Source: Octopus vulgaris (Eukaryota). Taken from it: 64,000 nucleotides of DNA. The stretch lies in NCBI GenBank assembly GCA_951406725.2, contig OX597843.1:8494001-8558000 (forward strand), written 5' to 3'. The notes below the pieces were generated by a model, which was given only the letters and a program-made list of their open reading frames with translations, did no database searches and was not told where the DNA came from. The translations under genes and the position numbers were made by a program. Positions 16,835 to 31,105 of this stretch are shown here, piece by piece; the first letter of the stretch is position 1; each line of letters begins with the position of its first letter.

Positions 16835-16888
16835 TATATATATATTTATATCTATATATGTTTATATGTATATAGACAATTTGTATTC

Positions 16889-16944
<56 letters not shown>

Positions 16945-16968
16945 ACATATATATATATACACATATAT

Positions 16969-17153
16969 GCCACTAGGATAGCAATTTTGGCGGTGAGGAT
17001 TTCATCGACCCCAGTGCGTAACTGGTACTTAATTTATCGACCCCGATAGGATGAATGGCAAAGTCGACCTCGGCGGGGTTTGAACTCAGAACTTAAACAC
17101 GGATGGAATCCCACAACGCACTTTGTTTGACGCACTAACCCTTCTGCCAGCTC
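16969..17153 (-). mobile_element. SINE family D
   Basis: Reverse complement of ttctgagttcaaa..ccgccgaggtcgactttgcc.ttcatcct.tcggggtcgataaattaagtaccag; same family at 18600-18770, 21819, 22665, 24830, 27917. Confidence 0.8.
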
Positions 17154-17198
17154 ACAAGTGCACAGATTTGATGTGAAACGTTTTCCGAGTAATATTCT

Positions 17199-17500
17199 CT
17201 CTTTTACTCTTTTACTTGTTTCAATCATTTGACTGTGGCCATGCTGGAGCACCGCCTTTAGTCGAGCAAATCGACCCCCAGTACTTATTCTTTGTAAGCC
17301 CAGTACTTATTATATCGGTGTCTTTTGCCGAACCGCTAAGTCACGGGGACGTAAACACACCAGCATCGGTTGTCAAGCATACATATGTTGGGCTTCTTTC
17401 AGTTTCCGTCTACCAAATCCACTTCTTTGGTCTGCCCGAGGCTATAGTAAAAGACACTTGCCCAAAGTTCCACTCAGTGGGACTAAACCCGGAACCATAT
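17199..17500 (-). mobile_element. SINE family A, internally deleted and 5'-truncated
   Basis: Matches 7116-7534 but lacks the internal microsatellite. Confidence 0.88.
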
Positions 17501-17879
17501 AGTTCCTAAGTATTCCTAATTTTCTAATCATTCCATTCGCATCTAGTTGGCTTTATGTAAATGTCGAATCAATCCAAGTACTTAACTGCTACTTACTTAT
17601 TCAAACAAATGAGGGAGGGTCTAGGTAGTGTTAGTCTTCTCTTACTTATTTCATTCCTACCTAGGATGTTTTATGGAATATAAATCAAGCCAGCTGATAA
17701 TCGATTAGACCAACCCCCGCAGTTAACTGTTACTTATAATTTCACGATCTATTGAAGGACGAACGATAAGATAAAAATCTAGACGTAAAGAATTTGCGCT
17801 CGACGTAAAACGAGCGTTAAATTATGTTTTGCTAGCGGCCATCTTGAAAATTGCTTCAGCTATCCTGTCACTACACTTC

Positions 17880-17959
<80 letters not shown>

Positions 17960-18014
17960 TAATAATATATAATAATGATATAAAAGTAATAATATTTAAT
18001 AATAATCGTATAAA

Positions 18015-18477
18015 AAATGGGCTACAGCAAATATTCTGCTCAATACCACAGATTTGCTTGTCAGTTGTTTGACCTTAACCAGTTGAGCATGTCCCTTCAT
18101 GGTTGAAGATACGTGCATCTCTGATCATAAGCAGAAGTTGTCGGGGAGCATCATAGCCGTGTGTTGAAAGGAATTCTTAGAAGTATGGATAATTCACCTC
18201 TGGAAACATGGGTGTTTCATTCAACATCCTTAAACAACCCTTAATCAGGGACCTTTTGAGTGGGATGGGTTACCCGACCAGAAGAAAATTCTAACTGGGC
18301 CCCACCTGTAAGGTTATGCGCTGTTTATCTTGATATGAGATCACCATGTTGGGCACATATCGTTGTGATGCATGTGCCTAGTGTACCCTTATCAGACGGG
18401 TAGTCATGATGGGTATACTGGGCTTCGTATGTTTTACCCCAGTGTCACTTTGATGGCATGCACTGCTCTCTCACTCA

Positions 18478-18510
<33 letters not shown>
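18015..18510 (+). mobile_element. Probable 3' end of a non-LTR retroelement
   Basis: GC-balanced block ending gcactgctctctcactc-(aat)n tail; no ORF homology recognised, single copy in window. Confidence 0.45.
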
Positions 18511-18512
<2 letters not shown>

Positions 18513-18799
18513 AAAAGGTTTGTGGCTGGCACCCGTATTACACAATCACCAACAAACGGTGTCCGACAAGCGGGTATGATAATTATTATCTATTCTTCTA
18601 TAGGCTCAAGGCCAGAGTAATAGCTGGTTCATTACATCGAATCAACTGGTACTTATTTTATCAACTCCGAAACGTTGAAAGGTAAAGTAGACTTCAGCGA
18701 AATTTTGAACATATAGCGTAAAGACGGACGAAGCACTGCCAAGCATTTTGTTCGGCTATCCACCAGTTCGCATAGCTATCAACAACTTTTTCACCGTAA

Positions 18800-18849
18800 A
18801 TTACCTGAAGAAGGGTTACTTAACCCGAAATATTAAAATAACAGGTAAT
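18800..18849 (+). ncRNA. Type I hammerhead-like motif (Penelope minimal type)
   Basis: attac CTGAAGA a gggtta ct taaccc GAAA tatta ... gtaat. Confidence 0.6.
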
Positions 18850-18936
18850 ACTACTAACAATCGATATATATTATTAATTATTTATAGCCTTCATTGTTAA
18901 CGTTTTACAAAAATATTTAAACATTGCTATATACAT

Positions 18937-19172
18937 ATGATATTTTTATATAAGCTTCAATCTTGTGGCGTTCACCGTGCAATGGCTAAGGAAAATAGTC
19001 TAATAAAGGGGCATATAAGCCCTTGATAGAAAAAGGTAGGCTTTCCTATCACATGCGGATAGGAATGCCTTCTTTATTTTCTGCCGAGGTCTTATGTGTC
19101 CCTTTATTAAACCATTTTCTTAGTCGTTGCACGGTGATCGTCATAAGCTTTAAGTTTATATGAAAATATCAT
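18937..19172 (+). repeat. Long imperfect inverted repeat / hairpin
   Basis: ~110-nt arms (tcaccgtgcaa / ttgcacggtga; taataaagggg / ccctttatta; ttcctatc / gataggaa), 7-nt loop. Confidence 0.9.
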
Positions 19173-19233
19173 TATTATTATTTACAAGATTGTGAAAAAC
19201 GGCGCCGTATAAAAAAATACGTTCGCACTGAAA

Positions 19234-19268
<35 letters not shown>

Positions 19269-19354
19269 CATACACACGCACATATATATATTATCTATAT
19301 ATAAATATATACACACGCACACTCACACATATATATACACACACGCAAACACAT

Positions 19355-19394
<40 letters not shown>

Positions 19395-19439
19395 AACAGT
19401 GCTCCATGGAAAATATACTACTCCAATGTGTGTGTTATC

Positions 19440-19851
19440 TATGTATATATATATATATATATGTATATATATGCTTAAATATGTATGTATGTATATATGT
19501 TTGTATGTATGTACGTATGTATATATGTATGTATGTATATATGTATGTATGTATATATGTATATATGTATATATGTATATCTGTATGTATGTATGTATAT
19601 ATGTATGTATGTATGTATGCATATATATATGTATATATGTATGTATGTATGTATGTATATATGTATGTATGTATATATGTATGTATGTATGTATGTATAT
19701 ATGTATATATGTATATATGTATATATGTATGTATGTATGTATGTATGCATGTATGTATGTATGTATATAAATATGTATGTATGTATGTATGTATATACGT
19801 ATGTATGTATGTATGTATGTATATATGTATGTATGTATATATGTATATATG

Positions 19852-19882
<31 letters not shown>

Positions 19883-20047
19883 TTATGCATGTATGTATGT
19901 ATGTATGTATGTATGCATGCATGTATGTAAGTATGCCTGTATGTATGTATTTATGCATGTATGTATGTATATATGTATGTATGTATGTATGTATGCCTGT
20001 ATGTATGTATTTATGCATGTATGTATGTATATGTGCATGTATGTATG

Positions 20048-20078
<31 letters not shown>

Positions 20079-20091
20079 ATATGTATATATG

Positions 20092-20125
<34 letters not shown>

Positions 20126-20195
20126 TGTATGTATGTATGTATGTATGTATGTATGTATGTATGTATGTATGTATATATGTATGTATGTATGTATG

Positions 20196-20229
<34 letters not shown>

Positions 20230-20460
20230 TGTATGTATGTGTATGTACTATGTATGTATGTATGTATGTATGTTTTTATGTATGTATGTATGTATGTATG
20301 TATGTATGTATTTATGTATGTATGTATGTATGTATGTATGTATGTATGTATTTATGTATGTATGTATGTATGTATGTATGTATGTATGTATGTATGTATG
20401 TACGTACGTATGTATGTATGTATGTATGTATGTATTTATGTATGTATGTATGTATGTATG
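19440..20460. repeat. (ATGT)n degenerate microsatellite, ~1 kb
   Basis: Tetramer run with atat and gcat variants. Confidence 0.95.
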
Positions 20461-20683
20461 CCGTATTTCAAGCTGTCACTCACAAAAAAAAAATATGGAA
20501 AACTTTATATTAAAATCTGATTTCTTCATAAGCATTCGATTGTATATGCTTTGCATGTATCGCGTGTTTTACAGTCGTGTATCATACGCCATTGATCATA
20601 GATGGAAACAGACATACATGCATGCATAAATACATATATACATACGTACATATGTAGATACACACACACACACATATATATAT

Positions 20684-21100
20684 ACTCTTTACTCTTATTC
20701 TTTACTCTTTTACTTGTTTCAGTCATTTGACTGCGGCCATGCTGGAGCACCGCCTTTTTTTTAGTCGAGCAACTCGACCCCGGGACTTATTCTTTTTTGT
20801 AAGCCCAGTACTTATTCTATCGGTTCTCTTTTTGCCGAACCGCTAAGTGACGGGGACGTAAACACACCAGCATCGGTTGTCAAGCAATGCTAGGGGTACA
20901 AACACAGACACACAAACACACACACATACATATATATATATACATATATACGACAGGCTTCTTTCAGTTTCCGTCTACCAAATCCACTCACAAGGCATTG
21001 GTCGGCCCGGGGCTATAGCAGAAGTCACTTGCCCAAGATGCCACGCAGTGGGACTGAACCCGGAACCATGTGGTTGGTTAGCAAGCTACTTACCACACAG

Positions 21101-21103
<3 letters not shown>
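20684..21103 (-). mobile_element. SINE family A
   Basis: Near-identical to 7116-7534. Confidence 0.93.
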
Positions 21104-21136
<33 letters not shown>

Positions 21137-21336
21137 GGTGGGTGGGTACTTGTGTGCATCTGTGCGTCTGTGCGTGTGTGTATGTATGATGCCGACTAGT
21201 AAACCGTAACTTCGAAGTCACTGACAACTATCTTGAAAAGAAATTAAGGCACATTATTGTACTTAGAAGCGCTCTATATTCCTTGAAGCTAAAGTTAAAT
21301 TGTGTGTGCTTGTGTTTATATATATATACATTTATA

Positions 21337-21452
<116 letters not shown>

Positions 21453-21818
21453 TACATGTATACATACATATATATACATATACATATATACGTGTATATA
21501 TGTGTGTATGTGTGTGTACACATACACACACTCACTCACACACAACTATATGATGCGTGTATCGGTTTTGACATCGATTTTAAGGAATTCAATCGCATCA
21601 AATTCATATTTGATACATTTATTTAACGTAGTTGTTTCTTCAATCCCACATCAAATCTTACCGAAGATAGCCAAAAGGCAATCTAACAATGGCCGTCCCT
21701 TAGGGTTGTATATCACTGACTTACGTACATCATTGTTGTATCGCTTCTATTCAAGTCGGGACTACTACCATCGGCTCGATTTGAACTCAGAACATAATGT
21801 ATATAATTTATAATAATT

Positions 21819-21959
21819 GAGTTCAAATTCTGCCGAGGTCGACTTTGCCTTTCATCCTTTCGAGGTCGATAAATTAAGTACCAGTGATACACTGGGGTCG
21901 ATGTAATCAGCTCATCGCCACCTCCATAATTGCTGCCCTTGTGGCAAAATTTGAAACCA

Positions 21960-21960
<1 letters not shown>
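21819..21960 (+). mobile_element. SINE family D 3' part
   Basis: gagttcaaattctgccgaggtcgactttgcc...ttgaaacca, running into (TTA)n. Confidence 0.8.
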
Positions 21961-22026
<66 letters not shown>

Positions 22027-22033
22027 TATTACC

Positions 22034-22085
<52 letters not shown>

Positions 22086-22086
22086 A

Positions 22087-22119
<33 letters not shown>

Positions 22120-22121
22120 TA

Positions 22122-22180
<59 letters not shown>

Positions 22181-22215
22181 ATTATCATCATCATCATCAT
22201 CATCATCATTATTAC

Positions 22216-22267
<52 letters not shown>

Positions 22268-22289
22268 ATTATCATCATCATCATCATCA

Positions 22290-22371
<82 letters not shown>

Positions 22372-22388
22372 CATCATCATCATCATCA

Positions 22389-22459
<71 letters not shown>

Positions 22460-22469
22460 GTTGTTGTTG

Positions 22470-22519
<50 letters not shown>

Positions 22520-22526
22520 GTTGTTG

Positions 22527-22606
<80 letters not shown>

Positions 22607-22613
22607 GTTGTTG

Positions 22614-22663
<50 letters not shown>
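21961..22663. repeat. (ATT/ATC/GTT)n compound microsatellite
   Basis: ~700-bp trimer array between two family D SINEs. Confidence 0.95.
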
Positions 22664-22664
<1 letters not shown>

Positions 22665-22665
<1 letters not shown>

Positions 22666-22812
22666 GGTGGCAAGGTGGCAGAATCGTTAGCACTCCTGGC
22701 AAAACGCTTAGCGGTATTTCGTCTGCCGGTACGTTCTGAGTTCAAATTCCACCGAGGTCCACTATGCCTTTCATCTTTTCATCCTTTCAGGCCTTGTGCC
22801 TATAGTAGAAAG
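22665..22812 (+). mobile_element. SINE family D head
   Basis: ggtggcagaatcgttagc (A-box-like) ... gagttcaaattcc (B box). Confidence 0.78.
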
Positions 22813-23286
22813 GATTATTATAATAATCATTGTTGTTGTTGTTATTGTTGCTGCTGTCGACGTTGAGTTAAACAACAGCAATAATGATAACAACACCAAT
22901 AATGATAACAATAGTAAACATCTTATAAAATTATGCGTGTGCCCGCGTCTGCGTGTATGTGTGAGAATAAATACACGCATACATGTACATATGTTATATA
23001 TTTATTTGTACATATTTACACTCACACGCATATATATACATGTCAACATGTATATATGCACAAAAGGAAGTGAGTTAGTGTGTGTATATAACTTCAACGA
23101 CCTGCAAAACTTCGAAAGTGACCGTCAATATTTTCTACGTAAAAATAAATGACGTTCCCAAATATATTACTTGTTAAATTGGATTAATGCTTTTAATCTA
23201 CAATTTATCTTATCAGAATACACGCACACGCACACACACAATCACACACACACCTATACACTCACACACACCTATATATATATATA

Positions 23287-23405
23287 TCAGCCGAAATTGA
23301 GAGGATGATCTGGTTCTTGACTGAAGATTAGAGGCTTCGAATGACCCGTCCGTTTTTAGTATCGTCTATTTGAATGTTTTGCGTTCTTGTCCCATTTTGC
23401 ATTTT
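23287..23405 (+). repeat. Dispersed repeat family E
   Basis: tcagccgaaatt...gactgaaga...ttcgaatgacccgtcc...ttcttgtccca; copies at 26553-26770, 34852-34998, 38257-38352, fragments 30715 and 31278. Confidence 0.85.
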
Positions 23406-23412
23406 TATATAT

Positions 23413-23462
<50 letters not shown>

Positions 23463-23534
23463 CACATATATGTATATATATGTGTGTGTGTGTATTTCAC
23501 AAGGCTTTTGACGTTTGTATCATACACACACACA

Positions 23535-23575
<41 letters not shown>

Positions 23576-24194
23576 TTGTATGTATTTCGTGTGGATCGAA
23601 GGTGTTCAATTTTGTTATAACTAACGCACTACCCGTCAAAATCAACGTGGTTTTATTTAATATAATATATATTAATCCAAACATAATTTTTTTATATTTC
23701 GCTTTGACTGGGTAAGAGATTACCATAACGACGGATAACAATAAAGAAAAATGAATAAGAAAAAATACTTTGTTATTTATTTAGAAACATGTTTTAGAAG
23801 CTTACGTGGATGGCCTTACTGGGATAATCCTCAATCAAGCGTCGATATAAAACGGTTTAAGTTGATATCAAAGATTAAACACACAGCCGGACTTCTGCTT
23901 CAGTATCCTAGAGACTGCGGCCGAAAAAGCTCCTATATGTTACACGGCTAATGATAGGTCCCTAGTAAAGTTTTGGTAGACGATAAAGTTATCGTTACGT
24001 TGCTAATTAATGAGTTACTGTCAGATAAAATAATATTAAATTTTTCATCAGTGAAAGAGATGCGTTTTTTTCTCGTAAAACATTTGTCGACTTGTTAAAA
24101 TGTGGGTTGGTTTTTATAGTCACATTCTGTAGTTACGGTGATTTTAATAATACATCTTTACTGCAGGATGCGGTAAAAACCCAGGGAGAAATTT

Positions 24195-24355
24195 AAACTG
24201 GTGGCTGGGTGATAAGAAGGTTTCTTCCCGACCACATGGTTCCAAGTTCAGTCCCACGACGTGGCATTTTGAACAAGTGTGTTCTGCCATAGCCTTAGGT
24301 CGACTAAAGCCTTGTGAGTGGATTTGGTCGACGGAAACTGAAAGAAAGCCTTCAT
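24195..24355 (+). mobile_element. SINE family A head, diverged
   Basis: ccacatggttccaagttcagtccca...gtgagtggatttggt.gacggaaactgaaagaa. Confidence 0.8.
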
Positions 24356-24516
24356 ATATATATATATAAATCAAATTAGAGATAAAAAATAGTGGTTCTA
24401 TCTCTAATTTAATTTATATTTATACTGTGAAATTTGATTTAATCCTAAATCTAATTTTTCCCCGTAAGTTTGGATATACTCCCTAATATTATTATTATTA
24501 TTATTATTACACACAC

Positions 24517-24593
<77 letters not shown>

Positions 24594-24829
24594 TATCGGC
24601 AGCTGGAAACTAGGAGAAACCCGTCGTGCATATAATATATATATATATATACTTAGCTGTTCGGCAAATGAGGTTGATACAATAATTACAATAATTTTTA
24701 CATATTAAAATGTATAACTTAAAATCTTATTTCATAAAGAAATATTCTAATTATTCGGATCATTTGCATATTTATAGTTAAACCATAAATTGATATTTCT
24801 ACACATATATAGACAGATAGGCAGATACA

Positions 24830-25008
24830 AGGCTAGAAATTTTGGGAAGAGGCTAGTCTTCTACATCGACCCCAGTGCTCAACTGGTACTTATTTTTAGT
24901 GGCCCCGAAAGACGAAAGGCAAAGTGGGCTTCGGCGCAATTTGAACTCAGAACTTAAAAACGAACGAAAAAAGCAGTTAAGTATTTTGCCCGACGTGCCA
25001 ACATTTCT
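24830..25008 (-). mobile_element. SINE family D
   Basis: atcgaccccagtgctcaactggtactta...ttgaactcagaac. Confidence 0.75.
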
Positions 25009-25491
25009 GAAAACTAATAAAATAATTATTAATTATATGTCTCACATACCTATTTATTTTCTTCTGGAAATACATTTAAATTATTATCATAATTTGAATT
25101 ATTTATTAACCTATGAAACAGCAATTAAACTGGCAAAATTTTAGATATAAAATTTTAACGTATTAATCGCAGCAAATTAATAAAAAAAAAAATCTTACTA
25201 TTTATCAACATATCAGAATAGCAATTATAATGAAAAAATTTTAGATATAAAATTTTAACTTATTAATCTTAACAAATTATTAAAAACTCTTACCACTTAA
25301 ACAGTAATTCTACAGAAAAAATTTAAACATTATAAATTTTCAAAAGGTCAGGAATATCTCTAAATCTCGAGAGCATCTTATATTTCTAGAAATATATTTA
25401 AAAATTTTAACTAAACGGAGTCAAACGATTACCTATTTGCCTAAACAATTCCGCTTATATATATATGTATATATATATAAATATATTTAAT

Positions 25492-25700
25492 GTAGGATAA
25501 AATTTTTTCGAAAACAAAAAAATTTTATCAATGGCCAGCATATTAAAAAATACCTTTAAAGGTTAAATTTATAAATTTATAAAAAACTCATATATTTTAT
25601 GTCCATAACCATATATTATATGGTTATGGACAATGTGTTCAATTTCGGCATATTTGGCATTAGAAAATTTTTCGTTTGCCCTTATTTATGAGTTTTACAT
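25492..25700. repeat. Dispersed AT-rich repeat with internal inversion
   Basis: ggataaaatttttt...atggccagcatat.aaaaaatacctttaaaggttaaattt also at ~34052; here the 3' part is inverted across palindrome tgtccataaccatata-t-tatatggttatggaca. Confidence 0.7.
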
Positions 25701-25730
25701 ATACATATATATATATTTATACACACACAC

Positions 25731-25768
<38 letters not shown>

Positions 25769-26047
25769 ACATACATATATATATATACATATATATATAT
25801 ATATGTATATGGGCTGTTGTAACATTCCTGTCACAACCTGGGACCTTGAAGACTGCTTAAATCCAAGAAAGTATACCATACCCTTAATATTTTATATTCA
25901 ACATTTCATCTATTGAATAAGACAATCAATACTTCATTTCATTTTACTATATATATTATTTATACTATATATTCTATATTCTACATTAATATTATAAAGA
26001 ATATAAATAAAACATAAAAAACAGAGGGAGTTGAAATTCCTTTGAAT

Positions 26048-26097
<50 letters not shown>

Positions 26098-26220
26098 CAA
26101 AATAGGACAAGTTAGGTTCTTGTCCCATTTTGTATTTTTTATATATATTTTTTATACATAAATTATTGCGGCGTAACGTACACCTTGTTCTCTTATATAT
26201 ATTGTTTTACCATTTATCTA

Positions 26221-26281
<61 letters not shown>

Positions 26282-26518
26282 GTTATTAGTGGGGGGTTAT
26301 CACTGGGGGCAAAATACTTTAAAAGATCTCTGTCAGAACACTAGGTTAACAATATTGTTTCGATTATTAAATACATCCGCATATTCTTGTGACAGGGCCC
26401 GGGCTAATAATTTATCACCCTTCTATATTGTAAATCTGTGGTTGTGTTCCATCTACACTAGTGCTTACACAGAGTGATATACAAGAAATATGCAATGAAC
26501 ATTATTTATGCCTTGTCT

Positions 26519-26553
<35 letters not shown>

Positions 26554-26769
26554 TCTTAGCTTAGCTTTTCCTTGGGGCTGGCCAGATTGGAGCAATCTCA
26601 AGAATAATCAGCCGAAATTACGAGGATAATCTGGTGGTTGACTGAAGAAAGAAAGTTTCGAATGACCCGTCCTTGTTTTTTGTGTATCGTATATCTGGAT
26701 GTTTTGTTGTCCCTTTTTCGTATCGCCTAGTTGTCCGGATGTTTTGCATTCTTGTCCCATTTTGTATTT

Positions 26770-26850
<81 letters not shown>

Positions 26851-27088
26851 AGATAGATAGATAGATTCATGTATATAATAATAATATAAATAATATATAT
26901 AGCCGAGAAAGATGAAATAATTATTGTTTAAAGACGGAAAAAATTATCCAGGTAAACACACACACACACAGACACACATGTATGTATACAAGTATCTGTG
27001 TATATATATGTATGTATAGATGCATGTGTATGTATAGATGTATGTGTATGTATGTATGTATGTGTGTGTGTGTATATATGTATGTATA

Positions 27089-27149
<61 letters not shown>

Positions 27150-27428
27150 GTATATGTGCGTGCGTGTGTGAATATATATATTTATTTATATATTTATATA
27201 TATCTATGAAAAATAGTTGGTCGACGATTTATTTAGCAAATTCAAGTATTAATTAATTCCACGCACAAATTAATAAATCAAAATTTACCAACATAGTAAA
27301 CCATTATAATCTGCTTAGATTATCATGGTTCATAAAAAATCATTCCTACAAATTTTAACTTATTATAATATATTATAACTATCATAATCATTAAACACTT
27401 CATAGAATAAATGTTCTATGTATGCGCT

Positions 27429-27650
27429 CTCTCTTTTACTCTTTTACTCTCTTTTACTTGTTTCAGTCATTTGACTGCGGCCATGCTGGAGCACCGCCTT
27501 TAGTCGAGCAACTCGACCCCGGGACTTATTCTTTGTAAGCCCAGTACTTATTCTATCGGTCTCTTTTGCCGAACCGCTAAGTGACGCGGACGTAAACACA
27601 CCGGCATCGGTTGTCAAGCAATGCTAGGGGGACAAAAACAGACACACAAG

Positions 27651-27730
<80 letters not shown>

Positions 27731-27893
27731 TACGACGGGCTTCTTTCAGTTTCCGTCTACCAAATCCACTCACAAGGCATTGGTCGGCCCGGGGCTATAG
27801 CAGAAGACAATTGCCCAAGATGCTACGCAGTGGGACTGAACCCAGAACCATGTAGTTGGTAAGAAAGCTACTTACCACAGAGCCACTCCTGCG
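27429..27893 (-). mobile_element. SINE family A, full length
   Basis: Matches other copies; expanded internal (TA)n. Confidence 0.93.
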
Positions 27894-27916
27894 CTCTATT
27901 AAATTATTATTAAATT

Positions 27917-28125
27917 AAGGCAGAAAGATGGGAGAATCTTTAGCATGCCGGACGAAATGCTTAGCGGCATTTCGTCCGTATTACGCTCTGAGTTAAAATT
28001 CCGCCGTTTACCTATCGTCCTTTCAGAGTCGAGTTGATATCTAACTACCAGGGTCACACAGTGTTGTAATCGACTTTACCCTCCTCTCAGAAACTGCAGG
28101 TTTTGTACAAATATTTTGAACCATT
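27917..28125 (+). mobile_element. SINE family D, diverged
   Basis: ttagcatgccggacgaaatgcttagcggcatttcgtc...ctgagttaaaattccgccg. Confidence 0.7.
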
Positions 28126-28301
28126 ATTAAAATCAATTAACAGAATATCTACTCAACGTATCTCATTATTTCTAATAAGATACTGTATTTATTCAGAGAC
28201 AAGCGTGGCTTCTTGGGGAAGCGTCTTCCAGTATAGCCTTCGGCCGACCAGAGACTTGTCAGTGAATTTTGTCAGTGGAAACTGAAAAAAGCCCGTCAAA
28301 G

Positions 28302-28371
<70 letters not shown>

Positions 28372-28581
28372 TACATCCGCGTAATTAAATGATTTGGTGG
28401 AAAGAAACTGATAGAATAAGTACCAGGCTTTTATATATTAAAAAAATATACTGGGGTCGATTTGTTCAGCTAAAACCTTTTAAGGCGTTGTCCCAGCATG
28501 GCCGCAGTCCAATGATTGAAAGAGGAAGAAGATACAAGATATAAACATACGCGCACAAAAACACATATGCAATATTTATGT

Positions 28582-28627
<46 letters not shown>

Positions 28628-28741
28628 CACCGTGATCACCGTGACCGACCAGGCTATCAGATGTTGTTACACATCGCTGGTCACAATGCGTTCGCATTGT
28701 TTTAGCTTTCGAATGACGCCACCCCGCTGGCTAAGTAGCAG

Positions 28742-28799
<58 letters not shown>

Positions 28800-28800
<1 letters not shown>

Positions 28801-28853
28801 ATTTTGATTTGATTTTTCCTGTTACAGCTCATGAGCTGTGGCCATGCTGGGCG
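28800..28853 (-). mobile_element. Short LINE 3'-tail fragment
   Basis: Reverse complement gcccagcatggccacagctcatgagctg matches LINE tail at 59695-59721. Confidence 0.65.
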
Positions 28854-28884
28854 TATATATACATGTATATATACAGTTTTATAG

Positions 28885-28952
<68 letters not shown>

Positions 28953-28986
28953 GTATATATATTTATATATGCACACACACATATAT

Positions 28987-29038
<52 letters not shown>

Positions 29039-29511
29039 CACACATATGTATAACATAATATACACACAGGCAAATACACACACACACATATATATATATC
29101 GTAGTTTACTTCGTCTCAACGCATCGCTGTCAGTTTTTCATCTCTTTCTCACTTTGGAATCACGATTTATAAATATCGTTATCTTATTTTCTATGTAATT
29201 CGGGTCCCGAAAAAAAGGGGGCAAAGTGAAAGTAGAGTGCCCCAGTACCGAAAAAATAAAACGGAGCGGATGATTGTCAGTTATCGTGGGTGTACCCCGA
29301 ATAGCGAAACGTTCTTCTGATAGGCTGGGATACCCCGTTGTGAGTGACAGCCTGGATGTTTATTGGCGCTAACACACGGACACAAGTCACACACGCATTT
29401 CGCGATGAATATGAACGTATGTATGCATGTATGTTTGTATGTATGTGTGTATAAGTGCGTAGAATTTTGTTTGTGAATAAACGCTGTTATATGTACGGGT
29501 AGATTCCGGAG

Positions 29512-29546
<35 letters not shown>

Positions 29547-29727
29547 TTACTTGTAAATATATATATTTTTTTGTGAGTGTGTGTGAGCGTGCGTGTGTGG
29601 GTATTTTTATACGTGCGTGTGCGTGCGTGTGCGTGCGTGTGTGCATGTATTAATATATGAATTATACGTCGTATTATTTATATACATCGTATACACACAC
29701 ATAGTGACAAACAGACGCACGCACTCA

Positions 29728-29779
<52 letters not shown>

Positions 29780-29806
29780 AAAATTTTATATACAATACAT
29801 TCATAC

Positions 29807-29906
<100 letters not shown>

Positions 29907-30179
29907 TACTTAGTAATCGCTTTAACATTGCCTGAAAGTGTACGGAGCGGCGAACAAAATTACCTCCATCAGGTTATATTACTTGTTTTTATCGTTTTAT
30001 TTTTTCTATTTTCTTTTCAATAACCCCGGATTCTGAGATCGAATCTAAATCCATCCACCCCGGGGTATCCCCCATCGTCCCTAAATACCCGGGTTATAAT
30101 TTGTAATAAACGCAGAGTAAAGGCGTATGCGCATACATACGGAGAAAAGGGTTCGTTTATAATGTTTGTGTTGATAGAA

Positions 30180-30231
<52 letters not shown>

Positions 30232-30502
30232 TATATATATATATATACATATATATATCATATTTATATTATATGTTGGTTTGTCTATAGGTATATATGT
30301 ACATGTATATATATATATATATTATAGCTATATATATATGCAATAGAAATAAGAGGTATACAAACACACACACACACACATAAGCATAATGAGAGGGACT
30401 CATATATATATATATATATATATATATGTGGTTGTGTATGTGTGTGCAATTATCTCTGCTACCTATCGATATCTTATAAATACTCTTTAATATTATATTA
30501 TA

Positions 30503-30548
<46 letters not shown>

Positions 30549-31061
30549 CATACATACATACATACATACATACATACATACATACATACATACATACATA
30601 CATACATACATACATACATCATATATACATATATTTATGCTATAAGCATACATGTGTACATACTCACATATGCTAAGAAAGTAATAGATAATATTATATA
30701 TATATATATATATATCGTCTTCTAAATGTTTTACGTTCTTGTCCCAATTTGTATTTTTCTACATATAATATGTATATATATATATGTATATGTATATCAT
30801 TAGGGTATATTATTTATAGCAATCATACCAGTTATGTATCAGGGTTTGCCAAAGACAATCTACTTTACACTCTCAATGTTATATCCTCCTAACTAACATG
30901 TTTTCTTAAATAATGAAAACCCAGATACTTAACTGCATCTTATAAGTATTTTAAATGCAATTTAATATATCTAACTGCGTGCGTGTATCTTTATTTTGTA
31001 CCTTTGTGTTTATATATCAGAATGCTTATGAGTATATTCTTGAATATACTCATAATATATG

Positions 31062-31105
<44 letters not shown>

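Noticed and set aside
24040-24058. Isolated CTGATGA/CTGAAGA heptamers (also 6885 and 53853)
   Set aside because: No paired stem II followed by GAAA; expected by chance.
26570-26675. Family E as a hammerhead (ggctg..cagcc GAAA; separate CTGAAGA)
   Set aside because: The core halves are in the wrong order and I could not assemble a full fold by eye.
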